DNA of 32,000 bases, from NCBI GenBank assembly GCA_049942765.1, contig CP188086.1, positions 570,001 through 602,000 on the forward strand, read 5' to 3'. This document shows, in pieces, positions 31,643-32,000 of the stretch. The notes under the pieces are model-generated. The model was not told where the DNA came from, did not search any database, and saw only the letters and a program-made list of their open reading frames with translations. The position numbers and the translations under genes are program-made. How positions within the stretch are numbered: the first letter of the stretch is position 1; each line of letters starts with the position of its first letter. Source of the stretch: Candidatus Saccharimonadota bacterium. GTDB lineage: Bacteria > Pseudomonadota > Gammaproteobacteria > Enterobacterales > Enterobacteriaceae.

Positions 31643-32000
31643 TTATGCTTCTATAGCTATCTTTAACTTTTCCATCGCAGCTTTTTCTAATTGTCTAACT
31701 CGTTCAGCTGATATTCCATAATCATTAGCTATTTTTTGTAATGTGATTTTATTATTTTCATTTAACCATCTAGCACAAATAATTTTTCTACTTCTTTCAT
31801 CTAATCGTAATAAAGCATTAGATAATTTTAAAGTAGCATGTTTTTCCCAGTTATTTTCTTCTAATAAATTAGCAAAATCAGAAGCATGATCTCTTAAATA
31901 TGGCATATTAGATTTAACTTTACCTTCTATATAATCATCTTCAGAATGTAAATTAAATGCTATATCTTGAGCTGACATACGAGATTCCATTTCTCTAACA
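31643..32000 (-). CDS. rpoH: Heat-shock sigma factor RpoH (sigma-32), 5' end outside the window
   Basis: The C-terminal 115+ aa match E. coli RpoH: (VRE)MESRMSAQD, DNWE, LDERSRKIICARWL.E.NK.TLQ.IA..YGISAERVRQLEK.AM.KL..AIEA. The frame remains open through base 32000 (VRE precedes the listed Met). Confidence 0.95.
   Translation of the reverse strand, partial: VREMESRMSAQDIAFNLHSEDDYIEGKVKSNMPYLRDHASDFANLLEENNWEKHATLKLSNALLRLDERSRKIICARWLNENNKITLQKIANDYGISAERVRQLEKAAMEKLKIAIEA

Overview
This is a very AT-rich, gene-dense but eroding chromosome segment. Its gene content and order match the reduced genome of a gammaproteobacterial obligate insect endosymbiont (Buchnera aphidicola-like; this is inferred from synteny and composition, no database was searched). 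The intact genes are dnaG (5' end outside the window), rpoD, cysE, argH, argG, argB, metF, the thrU-tyrU-glyT-thrT tRNA cluster, secE, nusG, rplK, rplA, rplJ, rplL, rpoB, rpoC, purH, metE and rpoH (5' end outside the window). All of them translate into proteins I can align by eye to their E. coli orthologues. I found no CRISPR array, IS element, integrase, phage gene, toxin-like gene or novel multi-gene system, so the window is conserved housekeeping and amino-acid-provisioning synteny. Two things stand out. (1) A perfect 143-bp palindrome (27504-27646) sits between the convergent purH and metE genes. Its core is a textbook bidirectional terminator, but its arms extend into the last 9 codons of metE. 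(2) Three long gene-free spacers are not empty. By hand translation they contain near-full-length dead copies of argC (8882-9889, minus), argE (10052-11191, plus) and a Cof-type HAD phosphatase resembling yigL (30727-31501, minus). This leaves argB-argG-argH intact beside a broken ornithine branch. It also leaves about 840 bp of roughly 93-95% A+T DNA upstream of metE, where E. coli carries metR. Other spacers (cysE-argH, metF-tRNA, tRNA-secE) could not be assigned.
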